DNA from: an uncultured Candidatus Binatia bacterium
GTDB taxonomy: Bacteria > Desulfobacterota > Binatia > Bin18
DNA length: 64,000 bases
Assembly (NCBI GenBank): GCA_965200965.1
Contig: OZ241744.1
Location: 3,360,001 to 3,424,000, forward strand
Reading direction: 5' to 3'
The notes under the pieces: model-generated
What the model saw: only the letters and a program-made list of their open reading frames with translations
What the model was told of the DNA's origin: nothing
Database searches by the model: none
Translations under genes and position numbers: made by a program
Shown here: positions 38,544-48,664 of the stretch, piece after piece
How positions within the stretch are numbered: the stretch's first letter is position 1
Layout of the letters: each line of letters starts with the position of its first letter

Positions 38544-39386
38544 ATGAAGAATGTGTCATGTCTAAGCCTGCTTATCAGTCTATTCCTCAGCCTGCCGGTG
38601 TCTGCCGACCAGCACGGACAGGCCGATCCGGTCCAGACGGCTCTGCACGCCCTGGCCGATGGCGAGCACCGCTCAGCCGCGCATAAAGCCCGCAATCGTT
38701 ACCGCCACCCGGTCGAGACGCTGAGCTGGTTCGGCCTTCAGCCGGACATGACGGTGGTTGAGATTTGGCCCGGCTCGGCGGGCTGGTATATGGAAATCCT
38801 GGCCCCGTTTCTCAAAGACCAGGGCAAGTACTACGCGGCCGGCCCGGATGCAGAGTCGTCGGTGGACTATATCCAGCGCTCGCTCACGGCGATGCATGAC
38901 AAGCTGGCCGCCAACGCCGCGCTGTACGACGCAGTCACCGTGACCGAGCTGGCCCCGCCGGCCGGCAAGACGACAATCGCGCCTGAGGGCTCGGCCGATA
39001 TGGTGCTGACCTTCCGCAATGTGCATAACTGGATGAGTGGCGGCTACGCTGCCGATGTCTTTGCCGCCATGTATACGGCCCTCAAGCCGGGCGGGATTCT
39101 GGGCCTGACCGAGCATCGCGGCAACCCCGCGGTTGCCCAAGACCCCAAAGCCGCCTCGGGCTATGTGAACGAAGACCATGTGATCGAACTGGCCGAGGCC
39201 GCGGGCTTCAAGCTGCTTGACCGCTCGGAAGTGAACGCCAACCCAAATGATACCAAAGACTACCAGGGCGGGGTGTGGACGCTGCCGCCCGTCTTACGCT
39301 TGGGGGACACCGACCGCGACACCTACCTCACCATCGGTGAGAGCGATCGCATGACGCTCAAGTTTGTGAAGCCGCCGGCGAACTAA
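38544..39386 (+). CDS. Predicted exported SAM-dependent methyltransferase (COG4798-like)
   Basis: Signal peptide; RYRHPVETLSWFGL, VVEIWPGSAGWY, LTFRNVHNW, IGESDRMTLKF. Confidence 0.88.
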   Translation: MKNVSCLSLLISLFLSLPVSADQHGQADPVQTALHALADGEHRSAAHKARNRYRHPVETLSWFGLQPDMTVVEIWPGSAGWYMEILAPFLKDQGKYYAAGPDAESSVDYIQRSLTAMHDKLAANAALYDAVTVTELAPPAGKTTIAPEGSADMVLTFRNVHNWMSGGYAADVFAAMYTALKPGGILGLTEHRGNPAVAQDPKAASGYVNEDHVIELAEAAGFKLLDRSEVNANPNDTKDYQGGVWTLPPVLRLGDTDRDTYLTIGESDRMTLKFVKPPAN

Positions 39387-39461
39387 ATCGACACTTGGTC
39401 GGGTGTCGATGCGGGGGCAGAATCCAGCTGGAAACTAACGTGGAACGGATTAGATCCGCCC

Positions 39462-41231
39462 CTACTTCACCTCCATCTCCCACTCTGGCATGGTCAAGAC
39501 GCCCGGTTCGGAACCCGGCCCGAGGTCGTGGAGCAGACGCACGAGGGGGCGGAGGGCGTGGAGGGTGGGCCGCAGGGCCGCCCCAGGGGCGTAGACCTCG
39601 TCTTCGGTATCTTCGTCCAACAGGCGGGCGAGGAGGGTGGCGACAAAAGACCGCTCACGCGGAAAGAGCCTGAGTTGAACTGGCGCGTCGGCGGCGATCC
39701 CCGCCGCTGCTTTGGCCAGCCGGAGGGCGACCGGAAAGCCGCCCAGTTCATCAACCAGCCCGTGCGCTCTGGCGTCTTCGCCGGTCCAGACCCGGCCCTC
39801 GGCAACCGAGAGGACGTGGGCGTGGTCAAGCTTTCTGCCCTGGGCCACTTTTGTGGTGAAGTCCTGATAAATCCAGTCGAGTTGCTGATTAAATTTTGCC
39901 CACTGGGCCGGGCTGAAGTCCAGGTTGCTGCTCCACATGGTGGCGTTGTCGCTGGTATGGACCTCATCCGACGACAGGCCGAGTTTTTCTGACAGCCCAG
40001 CGGTCAGCATTTTGCCGCCAAAGACACCGATTGAGCCGGTAATCGTTCCCGGTTGGGCAACAATTTTGTCGGCCGCGGTGGCAACCAGATAGCCGCCCGA
40101 GCCGGCCACATTGCCCATTGAGACAATGACCGGCTTGCCGGCCTGTTGGGCGCGAATTGTCTCGTGCCAGATCGTCTCAGAGGCAACGGGCGAGCCGCCC
40201 CGGCTGTCAACGCGAAAGATGATGGCCCGGACATCGGTGTCGGCCACCGCGCCCCGGAAGGCGGCCGCCACCGTGTCGGCACCCATAGTCGGACCGCCGA
40301 ACAGCGGGTCGTAGCTGGTTTTGCCGGACTGGACGATGCCGACCCCGTAGATCAGGGCGATACTGTCACCCTCAGTATGGGGCCGGCCGGCCCGGTCCAG
40401 GTAGGTGAACAGGGACAGTCGGGCGTCTTGTCCGGTTCGTGCGGTCAGCGTGTCGTACACCTCATCCCGATAGGCCAGGCCGTCTACCAGCCCGGCCTTG
40501 AGGGCGTCCTGGGCGAGGAACGGGCCGGTGTCAATCAGGGCCCGAACCCGGTCCTGGTCAAGGCCACGGGCTTGGGCAATGCCGTCCACCAGCTGGCCGA
40601 ACTGCGAATCCATAACCCGCTGCACGGCCTCTTTGTGCGGCGGGGTGTATTTCCGTTGGGTGTAGATATTGACCGCGTTTTTGTACTTGCCGCGCGAACC
40701 GATGCGGGGCTCGATGCCGAGCTTCTCAAGCGTACCCTGAAAGAAGGTGCTCTCCACCATCAGACCGGTCAGCCCCACCCCACCGGACGGCTGGATATGG
40801 ATTTCGTCAAAGGCGGTGGCCAGGTAATACACCCCGTTGCCCGGACCAACGCCGCCCAGCGATTCGGCGTAGGCCAGGGCCGGTTTCCCCTGGGCCCGAA
40901 AGCGATTGACCGCGTCCCGGATTTCCTGAATCTGGGCCAGACCCAGACGAGCCGGGCTTATGCGGGCCAGCAGACCGACGACCCGCTCGTCGTGGGCCGC
41001 CCGCTCCAGGGCGTCTACCACGTCTCGTGTGGTATGCGCTTTCTCAAACATCAGGCTGGCCACCGGGTCGGCCGGCAGATACTCAACCAGACCCCGGCCA
41101 AGGTCCATTTCCAGCACGACGTTGTCCGGGACATGCTGGCGGGACAGGAACGATGACAGCAGGCCAACAATGGCCATGATGACGACCCAGGCACCGATCG
41201 TGGCCAGGATGCGAACCACCAATTTCTTCAT
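39462..41231 (-). CDS. sppA: Signal peptide peptidase SppA (67K type)
   Basis: N-terminal TM, YYLATAFD, GKYKNA, RVDSRGGS, SMGNVAGSGGY, TGSIGV, EGRVWTG. Confidence 0.93.
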   Translation of the reverse strand: MKKLVVRILATIGAWVVIMAIVGLLSSFLSRQHVPDNVVLEMDLGRGLVEYLPADPVASLMFEKAHTTRDVVDALERAAHDERVVGLLARISPARLGLAQIQEIRDAVNRFRAQGKPALAYAESLGGVGPGNGVYYLATAFDEIHIQPSGGVGLTGLMVESTFFQGTLEKLGIEPRIGSRGKYKNAVNIYTQRKYTPPHKEAVQRVMDSQFGQLVDGIAQARGLDQDRVRALIDTGPFLAQDALKAGLVDGLAYRDEVYDTLTARTGQDARLSLFTYLDRAGRPHTEGDSIALIYGVGIVQSGKTSYDPLFGGPTMGADTVAAAFRGAVADTDVRAIIFRVDSRGGSPVASETIWHETIRAQQAGKPVIVSMGNVAGSGGYLVATAADKIVAQPGTITGSIGVFGGKMLTAGLSEKLGLSSDEVHTSDNATMWSSNLDFSPAQWAKFNQQLDWIYQDFTTKVAQGRKLDHAHVLSVAEGRVWTGEDARAHGLVDELGGFPVALRLAKAAAGIAADAPVQLRLFPRERSFVATLLARLLDEDTEDEVYAPGAALRPTLHALRPLVRLLHDLGPGSEPGVLTMPEWEMEVK

Positions 41232-41241
41232 GACGGCTTCC

Positions 41242-42062
41242 TCAGGCCATAGAGTAGCGCATCATGCCCGAGCCGCAGCCCAAGGCGTTTTCGTACAGAA
41301 TCACCTCGCCCTTGGCCCCGTTGACCGCTCCGGCGACCGCAATCCAGTTGCGTATCTCGTGTGTCCCGTTGCCCCGGGCGTCCATCTCGGCATCGGTAAT
41401 ATCGCAGAGCGCCGGGCTGTTGTCGCACAGCAGGTCGAGCAGCCTGGTATCAAAGGCTCATCAACACTGCCCATATCCGGGGTGCCGACGGCGTGCGACA
41501 AGCCGCCTGTCCCGAGCAGGGCAACCCGGCGGGGGCTGTCCCAGGACCGAATCGCGTTGCCGACCATGCGGCCAAAATCGTAGCACCGCTTCACGCTCGG
41601 CAGCGGGGGCAGGACGCAGTTCTGAATCAGCCACACATACGACAGGTTCCAGTCCGGGGTCATATGGTGCAGGCAGGTCAGAAAGCCGTGGTCCAGCCCG
41701 GCCTCGCCAATGCGGGTCAGGTCAAAGCCCCGCTGGAGACCCTCGCGCATGATCGCCTCGGCCAGCTCGGGCAGGCAGTTGACGGTGATGCTGTTGCACG
41801 CCACCCCGAGCCAGTTCTCTGACGGACCCCGGCAGGTTTCGGCCGCGACCACGCCAAAGGACGGGTAGTGGCGCGGGCTGAGGGCGTTGAAATGTTCGTC
41901 TGAAATGACCACCACGGTGTCGGCACCCGAATCCTGGAGGGTCTGCCGCAGGGCGGCAAAGCCGCGTTCAAACTTGTCCCACATCAACGCTTCCACCCGG
42001 GCCGGACCGGCCATCAACAAGGGGTTATGGACGGAGCCCATAGCCGCAACGATCTGTGCCAT
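41242..42062 (-). pseudogene. LigB-type extradiol dioxygenase beta subunit with a single frameshift
   Basis: SVHNP, ISDEHF, LDHG, GTGGLSH; adding one base near 41457 restores VDEAFD...GNGTHEIRNW to a stop at 41242. Confidence 0.8.
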
Positions 42063-42098
42063 TGATATCCTCCGTTGATATTCTCCGTGTTTGCTGTG

Positions 42099-42377
42099 TC
42101 AGCGGGCTGCTGGGACCGTGTAGCCCGTGGCCTGCCGGACCTGCTGCATATACTGGCCGAGGTCAAGGTGGATGGTGAGGGCGTACTGGGCCAGGATATA
42201 GGGATGGACGCCCCGCACATACAGCCACCCCATGTCTGCGGCTTTGAGTTTGTCCCGCTCTTCATCGCTGAGTCCGTACCGGGCCGAGACGGCGTTCGGG
42301 TCCTGGTTGTAGCGGGCCAAGGCTTCTTCCGAGCGGAAGAGGTCTGACAGCATGATGTTGAGGCTCTGTGCGCTCAT
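42099..42377 (-). CDS. LigA-like small subunit of extradiol dioxygenase
   Basis: DPNAVSARYGLSDEER...LYVRGVHPYIL; directly upstream of LigB-like gene; AAGGAGG RBS. Confidence 0.75.
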   Translation of the reverse strand: MSAQSLNIMLSDLFRSEEALARYNQDPNAVSARYGLSDEERDKLKAADMGWLYVRGVHPYILAQYALTIHLDLGQYMQQVRQATGYTVPAAR

Positions 42378-42479
42378 AGTCCCTCCTTTCATTCTGGTAT
42401 ACGCAGGACGGGCGCGTCAATCAAGAAGTCTGGTGTGTGATGAAAGACGGGGTGATGGAGAAACGGCCGTGAGGCGCAT

Positions 42480-43391
42480 TCAGCCCAGCAGTACCAGCCC
42501 AATCCCCAGCAGGATCATCAACACGCCGGGGAGCTGGCGGAGCACCTCGCGTTCCCGCCACACCAGCAGGGCCAGGATGGGGGCCAGGACGGCTTCGATT
42601 TGCCCGACGGCTTTTGAATAGGCCACCAGCGTCAGCGAGTAGGCCCAGAACCAACACAGGCTGCCGCTGAAGGACACCGCGCCGATCATCGCCATACGTC
42701 GCCAGTGGTTCGACACGAGCCGGAATTCCTGCCGGCGGGTCAGGCTGAGGGCCACGCTCAGCATCACGACTTCCATCCAGGTCGTGTGAAACAGGGTATG
42801 CACGGCCGGGGTAAAACGTTCGCTGCCCACGGCCGGGTTGGCCAACACAAACTGGGCGTTGGCGCTCTTGAGCAGAAAGCTGGCCAGGACCAGCAGGACG
42901 CTGCACGCCAGGGCCAGCACAGACCCGCTGCTCAGGTGGAAGGCCCGCCGCCAGCCCTGGGGACCATTCTCTCGACCGAGGTTTACCAGCAACACGCCGG
43001 CCCCGCACAGCACGACCCCGGCCCAGCCGAGCGGACTCGGAATCTCGGCAAAAAAGAGCACCCCGACCAGGGCGGTGAACACCACCTCGAGCTTATGCAG
43101 TACAATCGTCTCGGCAAAATTGGCGTGCCTGAAAGCCGACACCAGCGCGATATTGCCCAGCAGTTGGGTCACGGCGGTGGCCGCGCAGTAGGCAAAAAAG
43201 GGCGGGGGCAGGGCTGGCACGCCCACCAGCACCAGCAGGCTGAGCATCAGCAGGGTCGAGAGTGGAAGATTGAAGGTAAAGCGTGACCAGCTGTTGAGCG
43301 TCGGTGAGACCTGACCGGCGAGGCTTCTGGACAGGGCGTTGCGGGCGGTTTGCAGGCAGCCGGCGGCCAGACTGAGTTCAATCCAGGTCAC
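42480..43391 (-). CDS. EamA/DMT family transporter
   Basis: QTARNAL, about 10 TM segments, YSKAVGQIE. Confidence 0.85.
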   Translation of the reverse strand: MTWIELSLAAGCLQTARNALSRSLAGQVSPTLNSWSRFTFNLPLSTLLMLSLLVLVGVPALPPPFFAYCAATAVTQLLGNIALVSAFRHANFAETIVLHKLEVVFTALVGVLFFAEIPSPLGWAGVVLCGAGVLLVNLGRENGPQGWRRAFHLSSGSVLALACSVLLVLASFLLKSANAQFVLANPAVGSERFTPAVHTLFHTTWMEVVMLSVALSLTRRQEFRLVSNHWRRMAMIGAVSFSGSLCWFWAYSLTLVAYSKAVGQIEAVLAPILALLVWREREVLRQLPGVLMILLGIGLVLLG

Positions 43392-43424
43392 AGTCCGGTG
43401 TGTCTTCAGGGCGCATCATGCCCA

Positions 43425-43550
43425 TCACGCTGTTGCCAAGTTCCATCGCTTGTCCGCTCGGACCTCTAACGCGCCTCGTGTTTGAGCGTGTGTGCTTGTG
43501 GGGGCTGTAGCCATGCCCAGCACCATACCCAACGCGATAAGCCAGTTCAT
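43425..43550 (-). pseudogene. Truncated third member of the secreted repeat-domain family
   Basis: GAGGAGG RBS, signal peptide MNWLIALGMVLGMA, then RGALEV (start of the repeat domain) and an abrupt break. Confidence 0.55.
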
Positions 43551-43612
43551 TGTCCTCCTCTCTGAACCCGGCCGTGCTGGGCTATCCTGAGCGGCTTTTG
43601 ATGGGTCTGGGG

Positions 43613-45502
43613 TTAGTCCGTTGGAACCAGGACAAAGCCTTGCACGGGTTCTTGCCACCGGAGAAGCACATCCTCGTCGGGGGCTGGAAAGTCATTCACC
43701 ACTACATCCCGCTCAGCACCCCGGACAAACTCCTCGCCGAGCGTGGTAACGGTGAAGCGGTTTTCTTGAATCGTCCGCCCGTCTACCACAAGGGCCGCGG
43801 TGTATGTCCCTTCCCCCATCAAATTCCAGTTCCATTGCGTGATAAAGCCGTTTTCGGTATCGCCGCATTGCGCTTCGGTATCGCCGCGGCTGATATTCCG
43901 GGCTACGGGCGGAATGCGTAACCCTCCGTCGATAACTATTTCCACAAGCTCCCCCTCGCATGCCCAGCCGGAGACAAAGCCTATGCCGCTCTGGAAGGAA
44001 CCATTGCCAGGCACCTCGAGCCGCGCCCGGGTTGGCGTAGCCGTGGGGCTAGCGGGGGTTGGCTCTGAGCCTGGAACCAGGACAAAGCCTTGCACGGGTT
44101 CCTGCCAGCGGAGCCGGGTATTCTCTCCGGGGCTAGGAAAATCCTGCACCTCAACATCCCGCTCTAGTCCTTTGATGAACTCTTGCCCCATTGTGGTAAC
44201 GGTGAAGGTGTTGGTCTGCATGGTTTGTCCGTCTACGACAAGGGCCGCGGTGTATGTCCCTTCCCCCATCAAATTCCAGTTCCATTGCGTGATAAAGCCG
44301 TTTTCGGTATCGCCGCATTGCGCTTCGGTATCGCCGCGGCTGATATTCCGGGCTACGGGTGGCAGGTGAAGCCCACCATCAATGACGATAGCGACACGCT
44401 CGGCTTCACACACCCAGCCCGACACATACCCTATGCCGCTCTGGAATGAGCCGTTGCCAGGGACTTCAAGGAAGGCAGGGCTAGATGTTGCCATAGGGGG
44501 ATCGGGTTCCGGGTCTGGCTCCGGGTCGGGTTCGGGCTCCGGGGGTGGGGGTGGACGGCGTGTTGTTGTGGGTGGGGGTGGAGGCAGAGGCCGGCCGTAC
44601 CGGTCATAGCCCGGGGGCAAGTGCCCATATACCCGTATGCCCCCGGAGCGCGCATACCTTTGCTCAAGCCCCTGTACGCGCACCGGGGGCAAGTTAACTA
44701 TCCGCGCGCCCTGCGGGGGTAACTGAAACTCGGCGCAACTCGGCCAGTACGGGTCCCCCCCCATACCCGAGCGCGCAGTGCAAGGGGAGAGGCCATTGGC
44801 TGCTGATACCAGAAGGAAGGTTCTATAGCCCTCTAGCCAGACCCAGGCGAATCCTCCAGCAAGAATGTGATTGCGGGGATGGTAAAAAAAGCTGAGAGTA
44901 CGATACCCCTCTATCAGGGTTGCCCTTCGCTCTGCCGGTGTTTGGGGAGGGGTGAGATTGAGATGACCAGTACAGGATAGGGAAACAGTATGATCCTCGT
45001 CGTATCCGTCATACTCCACGCATATCCTAAAGTCGTGCTGGTAGGCCGGCACGGGTGGAGAAAGAGAAGTCGTATCAAAAGGGAGATCACAAACAGCGAA
45101 GCGCTCCCATACGAAGGTAGGGTTGCTGGTAGCGTAAGGATAAGAGAAATAGGCATGCCCAGCATCATAGATAGAATGGATAGTACGGGGATTACCCGCA
45201 GGTGCCCATGGTCCGAACCACACTTCGGTTACATTCCCCGTGCAGCGATTGTTCGCCTCAGCTCGTATGTCGCTGAGACTCGGCGCAATGGCGGCTGGGC
45301 TTGACGTTGCTGCCCTTGCCGTAAAATAGTCCTTGATTACCTGGAATTCAGCTTCCACATAGCCGTTGGCGTTATAGGCGCTATACCCGTTGACGGCATG
45401 GCCACTATTGTGGCCACTGCCCGGCTGGCCGGGGTGTGCATCCGCCTTGCTGCCCGCTAGTAGCAGGGCCGCGGCCAGAGCCAGCAAGAGAAGCCGGTTC
45501 AT
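43613..45502 (-). CDS. Secreted protein: variable Cys-containing N-domain, Pro-rich linker, two copies of a ~140-aa C-terminal domain
   Basis: Signal peptide MNRLLLLALAAALLLAG; PEPEPDPE linker; LEVPGNGSFQSGIGxVSGWxCE...WQEPVQGFVL twice. Confidence 0.8.
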   Translation of the reverse strand: MNRLLLLALAAALLLAGSKADAHPGQPGSGHNSGHAVNGYSAYNANGYVEAEFQVIKDYFTARAATSSPAAIAPSLSDIRAEANNRCTGNVTEVWFGPWAPAGNPRTIHSIYDAGHAYFSYPYATSNPTFVWERFAVCDLPFDTTSLSPPVPAYQHDFRICVEYDGYDEDHTVSLSCTGHLNLTPPQTPAERRATLIEGYRTLSFFYHPRNHILAGGFAWVWLEGYRTFLLVSAANGLSPCTARSGMGGDPYWPSCAEFQLPPQGARIVNLPPVRVQGLEQRYARSGGIRVYGHLPPGYDRYGRPLPPPPPTTTRRPPPPPEPEPDPEPDPEPDPPMATSSPAFLEVPGNGSFQSGIGYVSGWVCEAERVAIVIDGGLHLPPVARNISRGDTEAQCGDTENGFITQWNWNLMGEGTYTAALVVDGQTMQTNTFTVTTMGQEFIKGLERDVEVQDFPSPGENTRLRWQEPVQGFVLVPGSEPTPASPTATPTRARLEVPGNGSFQSGIGFVSGWACEGELVEIVIDGGLRIPPVARNISRGDTEAQCGDTENGFITQWNWNLMGEGTYTAALVVDGRTIQENRFTVTTLGEEFVRGAERDVVVNDFPAPDEDVLLRWQEPVQGFVLVPTD

Positions 45503-46120
45503 TCTTTCTCCTCCGCTTTCTTCGCCTTCCCCTTGGGGGCTATGCCGTTCCACAAACTCTTGATAGGCATGTGAGCCTCCTTGCTTGTTTGCCCTAGCCC
45601 TACCCCTAAGCCGGGTAAGAAACAATAGGCTATAAGGCTAGGGGTGAAGGCTTTTCGCCCGTTCTGGGGCGGTCCTGGGCGGTTTTTGCTGGGCTATCCG
45701 TTAGTCCGTCGAGCCTGGAACCAAGACAAAGCCTTGCGCGGGTTCCTGCCACCGGAGCCGGGTATTTTCACCCGGGCCGGGAAAATCATTCACCACTACA
45801 TCCCGCTCTAGTCCTTTGATGAACTCCTCGCCGAGCGTGGTAACGGTGAACGTGTTGCTCTGAATGGTTTGTCCGTCCACCACAAGGGCGGCCGTATAGG
45901 TTCCATCCCCCATCAAGTTATAGTTCCAATGCAGGATGAACCCGTTGTCTTGGTCTCCGCATATGGCTTCGGTATCGCCGCGGCTGATATTCCGGGCTAC
46001 GGGTGGCAGGTGAAGCCCACCATCAATGACGATAGCGACACGCTCGGCTTCACACACCCAGCCCGACACATACCCTATGCCGCTCTGGAAGGAACCATTG
46101 CCAGGAACTTCGAGATTGCC
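43613..46120 (-). repeat. Three near-identical ~410-bp domain repeats (about 43613-44030, 44071-44480, 45701-46120)
   Basis: Long identical nucleotide tracts shared pairwise, e.g. GGTATCGCCGCGGCTGATATTCCGGGCTACGGG. Confidence 0.9.
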
Positions 46121-46621
46121 CACGGGTTCTTGTGGGGCTTCGGGTTCAGGCTCCGGGGTTGTCGGCCGCCGTGCCGGTGGTGGTGTGGCGCTCGGCGGCT
46201 CGCCATATTGGTTATAGCTCTCCGGGAGTTGAGAGCGATTCACCGTCGCGCCGGCAGGGGGCAAGCGGAGTTGTGCGCATGAAAGCCTAAGATTGTACCA
46301 GAAGTTTGTTCCAAAGGGCGGTTGGGCGTGACACGCATGAAGTAGCGTTAGCTCCCGAAGCCCTAAGGTGTAGGTAACAGGCTCTGTGGGGTTCCGAATC
46401 CAAAAGAAACCCGCGTCTGAAATGTCATCTACAGCAGGCAATGCCACAAATGGCCAGCCAGGAGTGTGGGAAGCGCCTTGTGCCGCGGCTCTGATGACCT
46501 GTTCCCGATATTCTTCTGCTGTGCTGGAGTAGGGCAGCGTAGACGTTGCCGTTGTGGTGGCCATCTGCCCAAAGGCCGGACTACTCAAAGCCAGCATCAG
46601 CACCACCATTAGCCAAGTCAT
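45701..46621 (-). CDS. Secreted paralog with a different N-domain and one copy of the same C-terminal domain
   Basis: Signal peptide MTWLMVVLMLALSSPAFG; Pro-rich linker; LEVPGNGSFQSGIG domain. Confidence 0.8.
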   Translation of the reverse strand: MTWLMVVLMLALSSPAFGQMATTTATSTLPYSSTAEEYREQVIRAAAQGASHTPGWPFVALPAVDDISDAGFFWIRNPTEPVTYTLGLRELTLLHACHAQPPFGTNFWYNLRLSCAQLRLPPAGATVNRSQLPESYNQYGEPPSATPPPARRPTTPEPEPEAPQEPVGNLEVPGNGSFQSGIGYVSGWVCEAERVAIVIDGGLHLPPVARNISRGDTEAICGDQDNGFILHWNYNLMGDGTYTAALVVDGQTIQSNTFTVTTLGEEFIKGLERDVVVNDFPGPGENTRLRWQEPAQGFVLVPGSTD

Positions 46622-46825
46622 TCTTTTTCCTTGCTGAACCCGCCCGTTCAGACGGGGTTCGGGGTGGGTCGTTCATGCCGAAGCCTTTGCGTTTCAGCTT
46701 CGGGGAGGGCCCGGGTGTTGTTCCTGATTGAGCCGGGTGAGCCGGACATTCAGTGGCCGGTCCTGGAGCATTGTGCCAGCCTGAGCCGCCAGTTCCAGGA
46801 GAGCCGCGGAATCCACCGTCGGGTG

Positions 46826-47533
46826 TCAAGAGCCTGGCAGGAGCCGGTTCAGGTCGTCTTGGAGTGTGGCCAGCACTCCATCCGCCACCGCCCCACGGTG
46901 ACGGATTTTGGCCTCACGGTAGACATCGGGGCGGAGTTCGGCCAGCTGCCTGGCCTCGTTCAGCGTCTCCTCAAGCAGGGTATCGGCCGGACACGCACGG
47001 TCCAGAAATCCCGCGTCAACCGCCCCAGCCGGGTCGTACAGACGGGCTTGGAGCGTGGCTTGGGTCAGGTGACGTTTGGACAGCCGTTCACCAGCCAGGG
47101 CCAGCAGAAAGTGCGGCAGGCTCATGCCGATAGCGACCTCGTTGAGGCCAATTCTGAAATCTCCTTCCGCTCCGATACGAGTATCCGCGGCCAGGAGCAT
47201 CAGGGCACCGGCGGCAATGGCGTGACCGGTGCAGGCAATCAGCAATGGTTGAGGATGGACATACATCTTCATCAGCATTGCGGCCCCGGCGGTGACTAAA
47301 CCACGGGCGGCTTGCGGTCCACCGTCGCGGAGCACGCTCAGGTCGAAACCGGCTGAAAAACGCCCCGGGCGACCGACAATCACAACCGCGCGCGCTTCCC
47401 GTACCGCCCGGTCAAGCCCGGCGTTCACCGCGTCAATACAAGCGTGGCTGACCGCGTTGGCCTTGCCGTCGTCAATTCGCAGCAGAGCGACTGAACCCGT
47501 GAGCTCGTAGTCCAGGATTTCAGGTGACATCAT
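46826..47533 (-). CDS. Crotonase/enoyl-CoA hydratase family protein
   Basis: DDGKANA, FSAGFDL, GHAIAAGA, IGLNEVAIG. Confidence 0.92.
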   Translation of the reverse strand: MMSPEILDYELTGSVALLRIDDGKANAVSHACIDAVNAGLDRAVREARAVVIVGRPGRFSAGFDLSVLRDGGPQAARGLVTAGAAMLMKMYVHPQPLLIACTGHAIAAGALMLLAADTRIGAEGDFRIGLNEVAIGMSLPHFLLALAGERLSKRHLTQATLQARLYDPAGAVDAGFLDRACPADTLLEETLNEARQLAELRPDVYREAKIRHRGAVADGVLATLQDDLNRLLPGS

Positions 47534-47686
47534 ACAGTATCCCTAGTCTGAATGGCATTGCACTATTCCACTATATCATAGCCTATGCAAGCCTCGCTGT
47601 CTGCCGCCCTGTGCTGGGCAGGAGGATTGTTCTCTGGTAGGATGTCCACAGACATGGGCGAAGCAAGCGGCAGAAAGGGGAAGCAT

Positions 47687-48664
47687 ATGGAACGTGTGAC
47701 ACGGCTCGGCTATCTCGGACTGAGCGTAAAAGACCTTGACGCATGGGAGCGTTTTGCGGCCGATATCCTTGGCCTCCAGCCAAACGGACGGGACGAGGAC
47801 GGTTCTCTTTTTCTGCGCATGGATGAGTACCACCATCGCTTCACCGTTCATCCCGACGGCAAGGATGATGTCGCCCATCTTGGCTGGGAGGTGGCGGATG
47901 AGCACGCCTGTCACACCCTGGCCGAGCAGCTGGAGGCGGCGGGTTTTGCGGTCAGCCCGGGGACGGCGGAAGAGAACGCCGCCCGTCGGGTGGCGGGGTC
48001 AGTGCGTTTTCAGGACCCGAACGGTATTCCGTCTGAAATTTTCTACGGTCCGCTGATGAGCTTTGAGAAGCCCTTTCAGTCGCCCCGGCCGATCTCTGGC
48101 TTTCGGACCGGCGAGCTGGGGCTCGGACATTTTGTGATTCTGGTCGATAATGCCGAACAGAGCATCCATTTTTATCGGGATGTGCTCGGTATGCGTATCA
48201 GCGACTATGTCCAGCTCACCCCGGCCCCGGGGGTCAGCTTGCAGGCCACGTTTTTCCACTGTAACCCGCGCCACCACACGATTGCGTTTATTGAATCATC
48301 GAAAATTGCCCGGCGGCTGAACCATTTCATGCTCCAGGTCCGGTCTCTGGACGATGTTGGCTCAACCTATTACCTGTGTCAGGATCGGGGCGTCCCGATC
48401 ACAATGAGCCTGGGTCGGCATACCAACGACCACATGACTTCCTTCTATATGCAGACGCCGTCGGGTTTCGCCGTCGAGTACGGCTGGGGGGCCCGCGAGA
48501 TTGATGACGCGACCTGGCAGGTCCAACTGCATAGCTCGGGCAGCATCTGGGGGCATCAGCGCCTGCAGGCCGGTCTGGCCGGGGTAGCGCAGGAACAGGT
48601 CACTACCCACACGAACGGATTGGAGAACATATGCAGTACGCACGACTTGGCAAAACAGGCCTGA
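47687..48664 (+). CDS. VOC-fold extradiol dioxygenase (BphC/HsaC-like)
   Basis: LGYLG, LRMDEYHHR, GLGHFV, FFHCNPRHH, NHFMLQV, LGRHTNDHMTSFYMQTPSGFAVEYGWG. Confidence 0.92.
   Translation: MERVTRLGYLGLSVKDLDAWERFAADILGLQPNGRDEDGSLFLRMDEYHHRFTVHPDGKDDVAHLGWEVADEHACHTLAEQLEAAGFAVSPGTAEENAARRVAGSVRFQDPNGIPSEIFYGPLMSFEKPFQSPRPISGFRTGELGLGHFVILVDNAEQSIHFYRDVLGMRISDYVQLTPAPGVSLQATFFHCNPRHHTIAFIESSKIARRLNHFMLQVRSLDDVGSTYYLCQDRGVPITMSLGRHTNDHMTSFYMQTPSGFAVEYGWGAREIDDATWQVQLHSSGSIWGHQRLQAGLAGVAQEQVTTHTNGLENICSTHDLAKQA

Noticed and set aside
43613-46621. Diversity-generating retroelement explaining the repeats
   Set aside because: No reverse transcriptase, and differences between copies are not visibly adenine-specific.
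48631-48664. 34-bp overlap of dioxygenase and aldo/keto reductase
   Set aside because: Likely a trivial stop-codon loss extending the dioxygenase tail; both genes look intact.
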